A stretch of DNA of 48,651 nucleotides from Clostridia bacterium (GCA_017503265.1 JAFVTK010000028.1:1-48651); one strand, 5' to 3'. Positions 8,049-18,405 are shown, counted from the stretch's first letter. Translations and numbers: made by a program. Notes: generated from the letters alone by a model not told the origin.

Positions 8049-8849
8049 TTATTTTTTAATATAAAATTTATCGCTTTCTTCAAGTCCTATATAGTCAACT
8101 GCTTTTTCAAAATATTCTCTAGCGTTTTTTGAGACTCCGCGAGAATGTGCGTCGCTTCCCATATAAAACTTACAACCACATTCTTTTGCTATTTTATACA
8201 CGTCGAAATATTGCACGCCTTCGTTTAATATTCTCTTAATATCGTCACGATTAAGTTCTATTCCTACTCCCAACTTAGCCGCCTTTGTAAACAATCTACG
8301 CATATCTTCTTTTTTTATAGAATCAAACGTTTTTCGCCAGTTTTCACTCGTACTTCTATTTGTTAAACCACACGTTAAATGAGCAATACCAACTTTATGG
8401 AAAGGTAAATCGGAATTAAGTAAGCACTCTAATCTTTCCACCCATAATTTTGCACGATATTCAGGATCGAAATTATTAACGTCTGCCGCATGCATATGTA
8501 AATGCGTTGTCGGTACTAAAATAAAAGCAAAATCGTCGTATCTTTCTTTGGGAATACCGATAATATTTTCTTTATCCATATCAGTTTCGCAACCAAACAA
8601 AAACTCCACCCCACCTATTTTAGGCAAAGGAAGAGCCTTACAAATATGCTCGTAATCTTGCGTTTCGTAAAAATCGTCCCTTGTTTTTGAAGGAACTAAT
8701 TTATCCCAGTAATGATCGGTTAAAACTATTTGCTTATAACCTGCCTCTTTTGCTTCTTTAATTATACTATCGGGAATTTGCCCTTCATCTGCAGCGCAAA
8801 CTGAAAGAATTGTATGAATATGCAAATCGTGATCAACTACGTATCTCAT
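8049..8849 (-). CDS. PHP-domain metal-dependent phosphoesterase, 266 aa
   Basis: Carries the PHP motifs DLHIHT, LTDHY and GSDAHS. AGGAGA SD. Confidence 0.75.
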   Translation of the reverse strand: MRYVVDHDLHIHTILSVCAADEGQIPDSIIKEAKEAGYKQIVLTDHYWDKLVPSKTRDDFYETQDYEHICKALPLPKIGGVEFLFGCETDMDKENIIGIPKERYDDFAFILVPTTHLHMHAADVNNFDPEYRAKLWVERLECLLNSDLPFHKVGIAHLTCGLTNRSTSENWRKTFDSIKKEDMRRLFTKAAKLGVGIELNRDDIKRILNEGVQYFDVYKIAKECGCKFYMGSDAHSRGVSKNAREYFEKAVDYIGLEESDKFYIKK

Positions 8850-8876
8850 CTTTATCTCCTTTAAACGATTAAATAT

Positions 8877-9590
8877 CTACTTATATAATTTTTGATTAAT
8901 CAAAACTTCTGAATTCGTACCGTAAAACACGTCTTTTCTTCCGCTTACCATTTTGCAAAACTCGTCGAATTCTTCCCACGATAAATGTCCTGCATCTATC
9001 TCGTACGAATGTCCCCAAACGTAAAAAATCCTATCTTCTGCAGTTTCTTCGCTAATGAACTTTTTCCACAGGGTTTTCATTTCATTTAGATTTACAAAAT
9101 GAACTGTAGGATTAAATCTAAGTAAATTGTCTTGCGGAACAAATTCTCCCGTTGCGGTTATCGTACGGGAATACTTTACCCCCGTTCTTCTTTTAATAAT
9201 TTCAGCAACTCTATCGTCGTTATTCTGTCCGCCGTTAGGGTACGCCATACCAACTACTTCATAACCAACTAAATCGCTTAAAGTGAGCCTATCCCTTTCC
9301 ACTTGATAAACTATCGCTTCTTCGCACATTCTTGGTAAAAACTCGTGAGTTAACGTATGTACGGCTACTTCGTGCCCCTTATATAAGTCTTTAACTTCGG
9401 AAAATTGAACCTTGCTATGGTCAACTATTCTGCCGTTACACTCAAGTTTTGGTTCTAACCCCAAAAGAGAAGAATTAAGGTTAAAAGTTGATTTTAAGCC
9501 GTATTTATTTAATATTTTAACAAGTTGTTTATCTTGTCTTACTCCGTCGTCAAAACTAAACGTAACGGCTTTATTCTTACCTTCCCACAT
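8877..9590 (-). CDS. Polysaccharide/oligosaccharide deacetylase, CE4 (NodB homology), 237 aa
   Basis: Contains NodB motif 1 (TFSFDDG), motif 2 (HTLTHE) and AYPNGG. No signal peptide. Confidence 0.85.
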   Translation of the reverse strand: MWEGKNKAVTFSFDDGVRQDKQLVKILNKYGLKSTFNLNSSLLGLEPKLECNGRIVDHSKVQFSEVKDLYKGHEVAVHTLTHEFLPRMCEEAIVYQVERDRLTLSDLVGYEVVGMAYPNGGQNNDDRVAEIIKRRTGVKYSRTITATGEFVPQDNLLRFNPTVHFVNLNEMKTLWKKFISEETAEDRIFYVWGHSYEIDAGHLSWEEFDEFCKMVSGRKDVFYGTNSEVLINQKLYK

Positions 9591-9592
9591 AT

Positions 9593-10240
9593 TTACTCCT
9601 TATCTAAAAAACTTTTTATTTGCCTATATATGGTGTCCATTCCTTCAACCGTTGGATGCCCACCTTCTTTTTTAACTTCGGACAACTCAATAGTTTCAAT
9701 CCCAAATCTTTTCGTTTCGCTTTTGATATGGCTAACTATCTCATCTTTCAATTCGTCGTTAATAATAAAATATATTTTTGTTTGTGGCAAAACTCTTTTT
9801 AATTCTTGTAATAAATAAGTTATTGCAGGAAATACAAAATATAAATCTTCGTGAGTGATATTATCCGTTTTTACTTCGCCTAACGGAGAGTTTGCCCAAC
9901 TGTCGTTTGTTGCTCCAAAAAGCAATAACATATCTATTTGATTTTTTTCAAAAAAACCGCTACTTAACATATTGTGATAACGGCGTATAAACGATTTCGT
10001 TTGAGAGCAATCTGCACCGTCATATCCCGTGTAGCAAATTGTCGCCCCCGTCCAACTGTCGTTTACGACTAAATTATAACCTTTATCGGCTATAAGTTTC
10101 GCCCACCAAGTATTTTCAAAATCAATTTTGCTTGCAGGCGCACCGTCTTCTCTGCCGTTTTTACAATAGTACGTGCCATACCCTTCAGGTATATAGCCCT
10201 CATACGTTGAATAACTATCCCCAAAAATCATTAAGTTCAT
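9593..10240 (-). CDS. SGNH/GDSL-type esterase, 215 aa
   Basis: Block I is IFGDSYS, block III is FGATNDSW, and a C-terminal GGHP supplies the block V histidine. Confidence 0.7.
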   Translation of the reverse strand: MNLMIFGDSYSTYEGYIPEGYGTYYCKNGREDGAPASKIDFENTWWAKLIADKGYNLVVNDSWTGATICYTGYDGADCSQTKSFIRRYHNMLSSGFFEKNQIDMLLLFGATNDSWANSPLGEVKTDNITHEDLYFVFPAITYLLQELKRVLPQTKIYFIINDELKDEIVSHIKSETKRFGIETIELSEVKKEGGHPTVEGMDTIYRQIKSFLDKE

Positions 10241-11541
10241 TATTTACCTCTTTGTTTACCTTTTATTACTCTTATAATAAATTCTGATATGCCTATCACA
10301 ACTGCGACGAAACAAACAAAAAATAAAAGCCAAAAAACGAAATTCCAACCGTACAAGTCGGCTATAAGCCCTAAACCATAAGAACTTATCATACTTCCAA
10401 TATAACAACAACCGTTAAAAATACCTGCTACCATACCTGAATTTATTTTATCTTTCCAGTAAAGAGGCATTACGCTTGTTATTAGGTTGTTAGTTCCTTG
10501 CATTGAACACGCAATTATAGCAAAACTTATAACGGCAACAATAAAGATATTGAAATGCAACATAGTTATAACAATGCCTATCAAAATACAAGAAACTGTA
10601 AATAATATAGTACAAATTGAAACAAAATTTTTAATTTTTTTATTTAAAGTAACGACAACCGTAGCACCAAATATTGCGCAAAGCGGTAACAATAACGTCA
10701 ATAAAATACTTATGTAATCCGGTAAACCGTAAATGTCTTTTAAAACTATAGGAACCCACGTGGTTAATCCGTCTTTTATTAAATTCGTCATTATCGCATA
10801 AATTCCAAATATAATAAATATGCCCCAAAGGTTTTTCATAGATCCTTTACGTTTAATTTCTACGTTATCTTCACCCTTTTTAAAATCTTTCGATTCTATC
10901 TCGTTACTTAACTGTCCACTTCTTAATTTTTTTGCAAGTAATGGCGACGAAATAAACCAAGTAATGGCAATAACAGGTAACAGTATTCCTGCCATAAAGA
11001 AAATCAGTTTAAAAACTTTTAACGCCACAAATAACGCACTTAATCCGTAAACTAAAAACGTACCCGTAGCAACGGTAGTACCCATAACGACTACGGCTTT
11101 TGACATATACTTTTTATCTAGCGTCTCGGATAAAAATCTAATTAAACTTACCCAAAGCACGGATAACGCACCACCGTTAATAACCCAAAGATATTTAACG
11201 ATTTCAAAATTAGTTACAACGCCTATTAAAATATTGGAAATACCCGATAATATAAGACCGCCAAAAACAACGTATTTAAGATTGTATCTCTTACAAAAAA
11301 GCCCGTTTATAATTTGACCTGCGCCGTATGCAAAAAAGAAGAACGAACTTACCGTCCCCGATTCTGCATGCGAAATGTTGAAAGCGTTTTCTATCTGAAT
11401 TATGTTAGCATTATAACCCAATTTACCTATGTACGAACACGCGTAAACTATCCAACACAAAACTATAAGCAGGTAGGAATATTTCTTTAAATCTTTTTCT
11501 CTATTTTCAGCATTCTTTTCCTTTTTATTTTCCTTACTCAT
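10240..11541 (-). CDS. MFS transporter (region around TM1-TM2 resembles organophosphate:Pi antiporter GlpT/UhpC subfamily), 433 aa
   Basis: About 12 hydrophobic segments. The stretch YIGKLGYNANIIQIE...SGTVSSFFFFAYGAGQIINGLFCKRYN is OPA-like. The start overlaps the DMT gene by 8 nt. Confidence 0.8.
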   Translation of the reverse strand: MSKENKKEKNAENREKDLKKYSYLLIVLCWIVYACSYIGKLGYNANIIQIENAFNISHAESGTVSSFFFFAYGAGQIINGLFCKRYNLKYVVFGGLILSGISNILIGVVTNFEIVKYLWVINGGALSVLWVSLIRFLSETLDKKYMSKAVVVMGTTVATGTFLVYGLSALFVALKVFKLIFFMAGILLPVIAITWFISSPLLAKKLRSGQLSNEIESKDFKKGEDNVEIKRKGSMKNLWGIFIIFGIYAIMTNLIKDGLTTWVPIVLKDIYGLPDYISILLTLLLPLCAIFGATVVVTLNKKIKNFVSICTILFTVSCILIGIVITMLHFNIFIVAVISFAIIACSMQGTNNLITSVMPLYWKDKINSGMVAGIFNGCCYIGSMISSYGLGLIADLYGWNFVFWLLFFVCFVAVVIGISEFIIRVIKGKQRGK

Positions 11542-12496
11542 TTTTTAATTTATCGTTATTATCCCCCTTAATTTCTCTAATATCAGACAATATAGAAATA
11601 AGTATTGCTAAAACCCCAAGCGTTACGCCTATTACAAAACCCCAAGTAACGTTTTCTTTACCCATTAGAATAGATATTATACTTGTTATTATAGAGGAAA
11701 ACGGCATAATAATTGCAACAAAAGTTGCATCTACTACTTTTAACGCTTTCGCTCTCACTACCCAACAAATAGCATTAGTTACAATCGCAACGATTGCAAT
11801 AAATAATAGGTGCAATAAATTAAACGAGATATTAATTTCTTCTATAACCGCACCGTTGATTTTTATAACGCTGAAAGCAATAGCAGTCGTCATAGACAAA
11901 ACGAATTGTACGAACATCTGAATCATTACGTATAACCCAGAGTCTAAATCTTTTGCAAATGCCCCCGTTCCTGCAATATTAACACCATATAAAACCCCCG
12001 CAATAGCACATAAAATATCGCCTATACCAAAACTTATCTTTCCCGTTGACAAATCTATACCGCTTAAAAAAAACGCACTTAAAAGACAAATAAAACTCGC
12101 TATTAACTTAATTAGAGTCGGTTTCTTTTTTATAAACCAAAAAGATAAAAATGGAACTGCTATACAAGACAAATTCTCCAAAAAGGCATAATTTGTTGGC
12201 GTAGTATATTTCAATCCTAATTTTTGACAAATATTAGCAATAGATAAAAATACACCGAACAATATAGCCGTTTTAAAATATCGCGCATTAAGCATTTTCA
12301 ACTTTTGCCAAGAATATATCATTATTACTGCTCCACATATTAAAGCGACGATTGCCGAATAAATAGCGGAAGAATAGTAACTGTATAATACCCCTGTAAC
12401 GATAGGTGAAACACCCCATATTAAAACTACAAATATCAATCCAACGTAGGAAAATAAAATCTTTTTATCTTTTTCTCCTGTTCCTTTCTCACTCAT
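11534..12496 (-). CDS. DMT/EamA-family transporter, 320 aa
   Basis: About 10 TM helices arranged as two similar halves, typical of EamA duplication. Confidence 0.8.
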   Translation of the reverse strand: MSEKGTGEKDKKILFSYVGLIFVVLIWGVSPIVTGVLYSYYSSAIYSAIVALICGAVIMIYSWQKLKMLNARYFKTAILFGVFLSIANICQKLGLKYTTPTNYAFLENLSCIAVPFLSFWFIKKKPTLIKLIASFICLLSAFFLSGIDLSTGKISFGIGDILCAIAGVLYGVNIAGTGAFAKDLDSGLYVMIQMFVQFVLSMTTAIAFSVIKINGAVIEEINISFNLLHLLFIAIVAIVTNAICWVVRAKALKVVDATFVAIIMPFSSIITSIISILMGKENVTWGFVIGVTLGVLAILISILSDIREIKGDNNDKLKNE

Positions 12497-12563
12497 TTCT
12501 GTTTATCCTTTTTTATTATGAAAATTCATTGCAAAACTGAAAAAGGAATATTTGTAATCGATA

Positions 12564-13649
12564 TTATCTTCCTTCTTGTTCTGCAAGTTTATTAAACTTT
12601 TTAATTATTTCTATTTCTTTAGGATCATACGGGAAAAGACTTGGTCTAAACAAATCGTGCATCCACTTAGTAAAATCATAATTAGACCCTTCACCTTTTT
12701 CTAAATCAGCCCACAAGGTATCCCACGGTTCATTCGTTTGAGTTTTCCCAAGCACAAAACCCCAACAATAATTACTTACGTTAGTAATATATAATAGTGG
12801 ATATACTTCTGCAACGTTGTTGTTTAAAATTCTATTTAACCATTCCGTCAAAAATATAGGACGGTTTTTCTGTTGGTAAAAACGAAGTTCCGGCACAAGT
12901 TTTTCAAACCTAGAATAACAGTGGAAACTAATTACGTCTGACATTTCAAGAGCGCATTTCCCAGCATCAGAAACAACCTCACCATCTTTTACTCCTCTCC
13001 ACACGTCTGCAGTTAAAGGCTGAATAGGGTCTTCTGCCCTAACGATTTCAAATAAGGTTTTTAAAATTGCAATAGCACGCTCGTCGCTTATTTGATTGTT
13101 TGGCTCATTGTATATGTTCCAACAAAAAACCCTTTCGTCGTTTTTGTATCTTCTTACAGTCTTTTTTATAAACTCCAAAAACGTTTCTTTTAGTTCAGGA
13201 TACTCATAATAATGCCTTACTGGAATAGCCTTTTCTTCTTCACTTAAAGGAAATCTTCCTTGATGATAACCAAGCGCATATTTTTGTTCACCCATAGCCT
13301 TTGGCACGAATTTTTCGCCACGTGGTAAATCTTCTTCGTGAGTTAATACAACCATTACCTTTTGACCGTATTTTGCGCACAAACTAACGTACTTCTCAAA
13401 AATTTCCATGTACGATTCAGGTTCAGCGTAATAAACGTCGAAATTTGCCCAAAGTCGAACGGTATTAAAACCGATTTTTTGACAAAGCGCAAGTTCTCGT
13501 TCTGCAGTTTTTAGTTTTTCTTCAGACTTGTATTGTTGAAACATATCTAATCTATTCGCACAATCGCTTCCTATAAAATTACAGCCACGAAGCCAACCTA
13601 ATTTTTTATACCATTCATTTGCTTGTTCACAAGTCCATTGCTTATTCAT
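12564..13649 (-). CDS. Cytoplasmic clan GH-A (GH5-like) glycoside hydrolase, 361 aa
   Basis: NIYNEPN is the acid/base NEP motif and FLTEW is a nucleophile-type motif, on a (beta/alpha)8-like pattern. No signal peptide. Family not resolved. Confidence 0.65.
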   Translation of the reverse strand: MNKQWTCEQANEWYKKLGWLRGCNFIGSDCANRLDMFQQYKSEEKLKTAERELALCQKIGFNTVRLWANFDVYYAEPESYMEIFEKYVSLCAKYGQKVMVVLTHEEDLPRGEKFVPKAMGEQKYALGYHQGRFPLSEEEKAIPVRHYYEYPELKETFLEFIKKTVRRYKNDERVFCWNIYNEPNNQISDERAIAILKTLFEIVRAEDPIQPLTADVWRGVKDGEVVSDAGKCALEMSDVISFHCYSRFEKLVPELRFYQQKNRPIFLTEWLNRILNNNVAEVYPLLYITNVSNYCWGFVLGKTQTNEPWDTLWADLEKGEGSNYDFTKWMHDLFRPSLFPYDPKEIEIIKKFNKLAEQEGR

Positions 13650-13661
13650 TTTTAATCTTCC

Positions 13662-14669
13662 TTATCTAAACTTTTTAATTTCTTCCCAAACTATATCATC
13701 ACACCAGTAATGATGTTTAGGCGTAATTACCAACTTGCAATTATCTTTGCAATTCACTTTGGAATATATCTTTTTAACGGTCTCATAACCCCTTTTAACT
13801 CCTTCAATCGGAAAGATAATATCTTCATTCCCGTTTATTATTAAAAGTTTTCTCGGTGCAATTAAAACCGCTAAATCTTGCATATCAAAATATCTATACG
13901 CTCCGTTTATATAATTGCAAGCGCAATGGTAAATATCCATAATTGATTCTGGATACGGGCAAAAGGCGCAACTTGGAGCGGAAAGTTTAATTCTTTCGTC
14001 ATAGCAAGCACAAAAATACGAAGAAGTTCCACCACCCGAATTGCCCGTTATCATAATATCGTTTACGTCGCATTGTGGAAAATTAGGCAAAAGGTCTATT
14101 GCTCTAGAAACGTCCCACATTCTTTCTCCCAAAACACTTCTACCAAGTAACATTGCTACGCTTGCCGTGTGATGACACATTTTACCCCATCTTCTTTTTT
14201 CTTTTTGAGGTTTAGTTTCTCCCATACCCCTTTGCTCTATTGCAAGCGCAATATAGCCTTGTTCAACTGCCTGTAAAGCAAAAGCCACTCTAGGAATATC
14301 TTCTTCGTCCCCGTCGTATTTTGCAACGCCTATAGAGTTATGAAAGCCAGTAGAATGCCCTTGTAGTACGATTGCAACTGGATATTTTTCCTTTCCGGTA
14401 TCCGGAATAAGCATATAGCATGGAACGACTGCCCCACGTTCACTTTCAAAAGTAAAGCGAATAAAACGGTATCCGTCTCTCATCTCGTCAATTTCAATAT
14501 CTAAATTAGGTTCGCAAGCGTTTTGGGCAATCAAATCAAGTCCACTAAGTTCTATGAGTTTTGCCCTTATTCTTTCCTTTTGCGTTTCAAAAGACATGTT
14601 TTCATCAAACGAATATAAAGGCTTATTCTCCGCCAACAAATCGTGACATTTATCTCCGTTTACTATCAT
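13662..14669 (-). CDS. Alpha/beta-hydrolase carbohydrate esterase (acetyl-esterase / Abhydrolase_7-like), 335 aa
   Basis: Nucleophile elbow ITGNSGGG. The overall layout resembles acetyl xylan esterase/dienelactone hydrolase-type proteins. Confidence 0.65.
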   Translation of the reverse strand: MIVNGDKCHDLLAENKPLYSFDENMSFETQKERIRAKLIELSGLDLIAQNACEPNLDIEIDEMRDGYRFIRFTFESERGAVVPCYMLIPDTGKEKYPVAIVLQGHSTGFHNSIGVAKYDGDEEDIPRVAFALQAVEQGYIALAIEQRGMGETKPQKEKRRWGKMCHHTASVAMLLGRSVLGERMWDVSRAIDLLPNFPQCDVNDIMITGNSGGGTSSYFCACYDERIKLSAPSCAFCPYPESIMDIYHCACNYINGAYRYFDMQDLAVLIAPRKLLIINGNEDIIFPIEGVKRGYETVKKIYSKVNCKDNCKLVITPKHHYWCDDIVWEEIKKFR

Positions 14670-14681
14670 TTTATCTCCTTA

Positions 14682-16838
14682 TTACCGTTTTTCAAAGGTA
14701 TAATCAATAGTTGCAAAGTCGTTATTTTTAAATTTTACGAGCAACCCAAAGTTAATTAAATTTCTTCCCGAAAGGGTTAAATCAAGTTCTTTTATATGAT
14801 AATTTGCGTTCTCGTCTAACCCTTGAGCGTAAATACGAGTTTCAACGCCGTTAGGAATAGATATAGGTCGCATAGCAGTAAGTTTTGCAACTCGTTTATC
14901 TTTAGAAACGACCATAACCGCAAATAAGTTTTCTTCAAGCGGATTATTTAGCCTATATAAATCGCCGTCTAATATCAACCTTTCATTTAGCCTATATTTA
15001 TCTACTTGGCTCTTTATTGCCGTTAAGTCTTCTTCGCTTAATTTAGTCGTATCAAGTTCATAACCCGTAGCGCCCAAACTAGCGATATCCCCACGGCTAC
15101 TAAACGGGGTATTTCTTCCGCATTGATGGTTTGGACAAACCGACACGTGGCAAGACTGCGACGATAACGGATAACACATACTCGTTCCGTACTGAATAAT
15201 AGTCCGCATATAAGCGTCTGAATCGTCGCTAGTCCAAATTTGTGGAAAATAATAAAGCATTGCAGGGTCAAACCTACAACCACCGCTTGCGCAACCTTCA
15301 AAGAATATATTTGTAAAACCATTTACTATTCTTTCGCAAATATCGTATAAGCCTAAAACGTACCTATGATGAGTTTCTTTTCCGTTTACGCCAAGCCAAG
15401 CGGAATAATTTTCTGTAAGCGACCTATTCATATCCCATTTTACGTAATCAATAGGATGTTCTCTTAAAATTTTACTTACGCTTTCTACTATATAATCTCT
15501 TACTTCTTTTCTTGTTAAATCTAAAACGAGTTGATCTCTACCCGTACACGGCGTTAAACCATCTACTTTCATTGCCCAGTCGGGATGCGCCTTATATAAC
15601 TCGCTTTGCTCGTTTACCATTTCAGGCTCAAACCAAAGCCCGAATTTTAACCCGTTTTTATGGGTATAATCTATAATCTCTCGTAAATTAACCTTTTCTT
15701 CATTGACAAGCCAATCGCCAAGCCCCGATTTATCGTGATTTCTCACCCCAAACCAACCGTCGTCTAAAACGAAGGTGTCAATGTTGGTATTTTTTACGCT
15801 ATCTACAATTTTACATAATTTTTTTGTATTAAAATCAAAATAAGTCGCTTCCCAGTTATTAATAACGATAGGGCGACTTTTACTTACAAACCTTTCGTTT
15901 ATAAGATATTTGCGATATAAATCGTGGAAAGAACGACTCATTTCCCCCAAGCCTTTATCAGAATATACCATTACAGTTTCAGGCGAAGTAAACTTTTCGC
16001 TAGGTTTTAATTCCCAAGAAAAATCATAGTCGTTTACGCCACCTAAAATACGAACGTTATCGTTTTCCTCAATTTGCGCCTTAAAAACGAAATCCCCACT
16101 ATAAACTAAATTAAAACCGTACGCTTCGCCTTGACTTTCGTCGGTATTTTTTCTTACGAGTGCCATAAAAGGATTCATTTGCCCAGACGAAACGCCACGT
16201 TTACTGTCTATACTGAAAATCCCGTGTGAAAGTTTATTTCTTTCAATAAATCTCTCTCTTAAATGTGCGCCCGGAAGTGTTAACACGTCCCATTTTTTGC
16301 TTGGCAAATCTACACAAAATGAATAGGCTCTATCTAAAACGAACGGCTTATCGCTTTCGTTTAAAATCTCGGTGTGGCGTAAAATAACGGGTAAATCTTC
16401 AAAAACGGTATAATACAACAAAACGCTTGCTCCGTGAAGACCGTCTTTCATCTTTACGACGAGCGTTTCTCCGCCTTTTACCGACGGTATCCCTACTAAA
16501 CTTGGCTTTTTGTCAAGTACGTCAAAACTGTCGAAAACTAAATCTCCGACTCTCACACCGTCAAAATTAAAAGCCAACATACTCTCACGATAATCACTTC
16601 TACCGTACGTTGGGCATTCGTTTTTATACTCGTTTAAGGAATTGTATCTACAAGCGCCTGCAATATTACTTGCATGCCCCCTATCGACAAGACAAACGCC
16701 ACTTGTTAAGTCTTCCCTATCTATGCGTTTGCCAAAATATAGATGTTGCAAAAAACCGTACCTATTCACGCAAAATGAGTAGGTAAGGTTTTTGCTTTCT
16801 AAATAAAAAGTTTTTGTCGTTTTATCAAAATAAATCAT
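14682..16838 (-). CDS. GH36 alpha-galactosidase, 718 aa
   Basis: Carries FVLDDGWFG..GLGDW, YVKWDMNR and CASGGCRFD, the canonical GH36 (AgaA-type) motifs. Confidence 0.92.
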   Translation of the reverse strand: MIYFDKTTKTFYLESKNLTYSFCVNRYGFLQHLYFGKRIDREDLTSGVCLVDRGHASNIAGACRYNSLNEYKNECPTYGRSDYRESMLAFNFDGVRVGDLVFDSFDVLDKKPSLVGIPSVKGGETLVVKMKDGLHGASVLLYYTVFEDLPVILRHTEILNESDKPFVLDRAYSFCVDLPSKKWDVLTLPGAHLRERFIERNKLSHGIFSIDSKRGVSSGQMNPFMALVRKNTDESQGEAYGFNLVYSGDFVFKAQIEENDNVRILGGVNDYDFSWELKPSEKFTSPETVMVYSDKGLGEMSRSFHDLYRKYLINERFVSKSRPIVINNWEATYFDFNTKKLCKIVDSVKNTNIDTFVLDDGWFGVRNHDKSGLGDWLVNEEKVNLREIIDYTHKNGLKFGLWFEPEMVNEQSELYKAHPDWAMKVDGLTPCTGRDQLVLDLTRKEVRDYIVESVSKILREHPIDYVKWDMNRSLTENYSAWLGVNGKETHHRYVLGLYDICERIVNGFTNIFFEGCASGGCRFDPAMLYYFPQIWTSDDSDAYMRTIIQYGTSMCYPLSSQSCHVSVCPNHQCGRNTPFSSRGDIASLGATGYELDTTKLSEEDLTAIKSQVDKYRLNERLILDGDLYRLNNPLEENLFAVMVVSKDKRVAKLTAMRPISIPNGVETRIYAQGLDENANYHIKELDLTLSGRNLINFGLLVKFKNNDFATIDYTFEKR

Positions 16839-17680
16839 AATAAATCTTTTTGAGTTGGTATTCCGTCAATAACGTATTTGCTTTGGACTTTAAATGCAGA
16901 CGCCTTAATTGCAAATTTTATTGCATCAAAAAGGCTTTCGTTATTAGATAGTGAAAACATTAACGCACCGTTAAAAACGTCGCCTGCGCCCGTCGTATTT
17001 CGAGCAACTACTTTTGCCACTTCAAACGTCGTCTTTACGCCGTTTTCTATAAGTTGAACGGACTGCCCACCCTTCGTTATTACTACACGCTGTGGTATTA
17101 TCTGCTTAAAAAGGTTTTCGTATTCCGTTTCATTTGGGGTAAATAGCCAAACGTTTTGCAAGAATTCTTTTGGAAATTCCCTTGCCGGCGACGGATCAAA
17201 TATTATTTTAGTTCCGCTTTGCTTACAAATTTTTGCTATTTCCAATAAAATTTCGTCTTTCATTTCGGCTTGAGTTAATAAGTAATCACTTTCTTTAATT
17301 TCATTTTCAAAACAAGATAAGTCTTTAGCAGTCATATTTTTCGACGCGTCTTGATAGACGGAAACACAGTTGTTCCCGTCTTCATCAGTTAAAATAACGC
17401 CGTAGTCCGTTTTCGTTCCATCTCGTTCAATAACGGTAGCGTTAAAGTTTTCAAAGTCAAAAAACTCTTTGCACTCTCTTCCGTAAGAATCCTTGCCAAG
17501 CGCAGTAAGAAACTTAACGTTGCCGCCAAGCCTATGTGTTGTCAATGCGCTATTGACGCCTTTTCCACCAAGTTCTACGTGCATCTCGTCGTAAATTTTC
17601 GTTTCGCCAATTTGTGATATGGCTTTTCCTTTTAAAAACACCGACTGTCCACAAAGACCAACAACCGTTACTTTTTTCAT
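16835..17680 (-). CDS. PfkB/ribokinase-family sugar kinase (start moved to the ATG at 17680), 281 aa
   Basis: Contains GGKGVNSA and TTGAGDVFNGAL (PfkB signature). AAGGTG SD 10 nt before the ATG at 17680. The ORF-track start at 17692 is a GTG without an SD. Confidence 0.85.
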   Translation of the reverse strand: MKKVTVVGLCGQSVFLKGKAISQIGETKIYDEMHVELGGKGVNSALTTHRLGGNVKFLTALGKDSYGRECKEFFDFENFNATVIERDGTKTDYGVILTDEDGNNCVSVYQDASKNMTAKDLSCFENEIKESDYLLTQAEMKDEILLEIAKICKQSGTKIIFDPSPAREFPKEFLQNVWLFTPNETEYENLFKQIIPQRVVITKGGQSVQLIENGVKTTFEVAKVVARNTTGAGDVFNGALMFSLSNNESLFDAIKFAIKASAFKVQSKYVIDGIPTQKDLL

Positions 17681-17682
17681 TA

Positions 17683-18405
17683 TCAAAGACACCTTATTCT
17701 ACGTTTATATTTGCTTACTAATTTCTGATTATTCTCTATATTTTCAACCAAATTACCACTGCCGAAAACAGGAATATCTACGTCATCATTATAACAACTT
17801 TTTATTCCCTCTGCAATACAAGACTGTATAATAGCAGAAGAAATTGCCGTAGATACGGATACTGCGTTTAGATTTTCGTTAAGTTTTATAACGGCGTCCC
17901 CTTTAGGAACGCAATTATCCAAAAATACGTCGCAGTAGTCGGAAAGGTTTTTCCCTGAAGAATGTCTTGATTTTTCATCAAAATAAGTTGCAGAACCAAT
18001 GCTTATTACTCTTAATCCAAGGTCTTTTCCTTGCTTTGCAACTTCTATAGGCGCACCGTTTATTCCCGAAACTGAAAAAACAAATAAAACGTCGTTTTGC
18101 GTAAATTTATAGCCGTCTAAAGCATATTTGCAACTTAACTGGTCTTTTTCAAGTAAATTGCTATTTGATGCGCTAACGTGTAACATAAGTTCTGGAATAA
18201 ATATCGGTTGGATATTTGCTAACCCACCCGCCCTATAAAAGCAATCGGATGCAATAAGGGAAGAATGACCGCAACCGAACATATAGATTATGCCATCCCC
18301 CTTAATACACTCGTAAATAATGTTAGAAACTTTTTTAACGTTTTCTTTATTTACTTCATCCGCTTTTTTTAATAAATCAATTAAAATTTCAAAATACTGT
18401 GTCAT
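17683..18405 (-). CDS. Single-SIS-domain sugar-phosphate isomerase/binding protein (UPF0309-like), 240 aa
   Basis: MFGCGHSSLIASD and FVFSVSGINGAPIE fit SIS phosphosugar-binding motifs. Confidence 0.78.
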   Translation of the reverse strand: MTQYFEILIDLLKKADEVNKENVKKVSNIIYECIKGDGIIYMFGCGHSSLIASDCFYRAGGLANIQPIFIPELMLHVSASNSNLLEKDQLSCKYALDGYKFTQNDVLFVFSVSGINGAPIEVAKQGKDLGLRVISIGSATYFDEKSRHSSGKNLSDYCDVFLDNCVPKGDAVIKLNENLNAVSVSTAISSAIIQSCIAEGIKSCYNDDVDIPVFGSGNLVENIENNQKLVSKYKRRIRCL

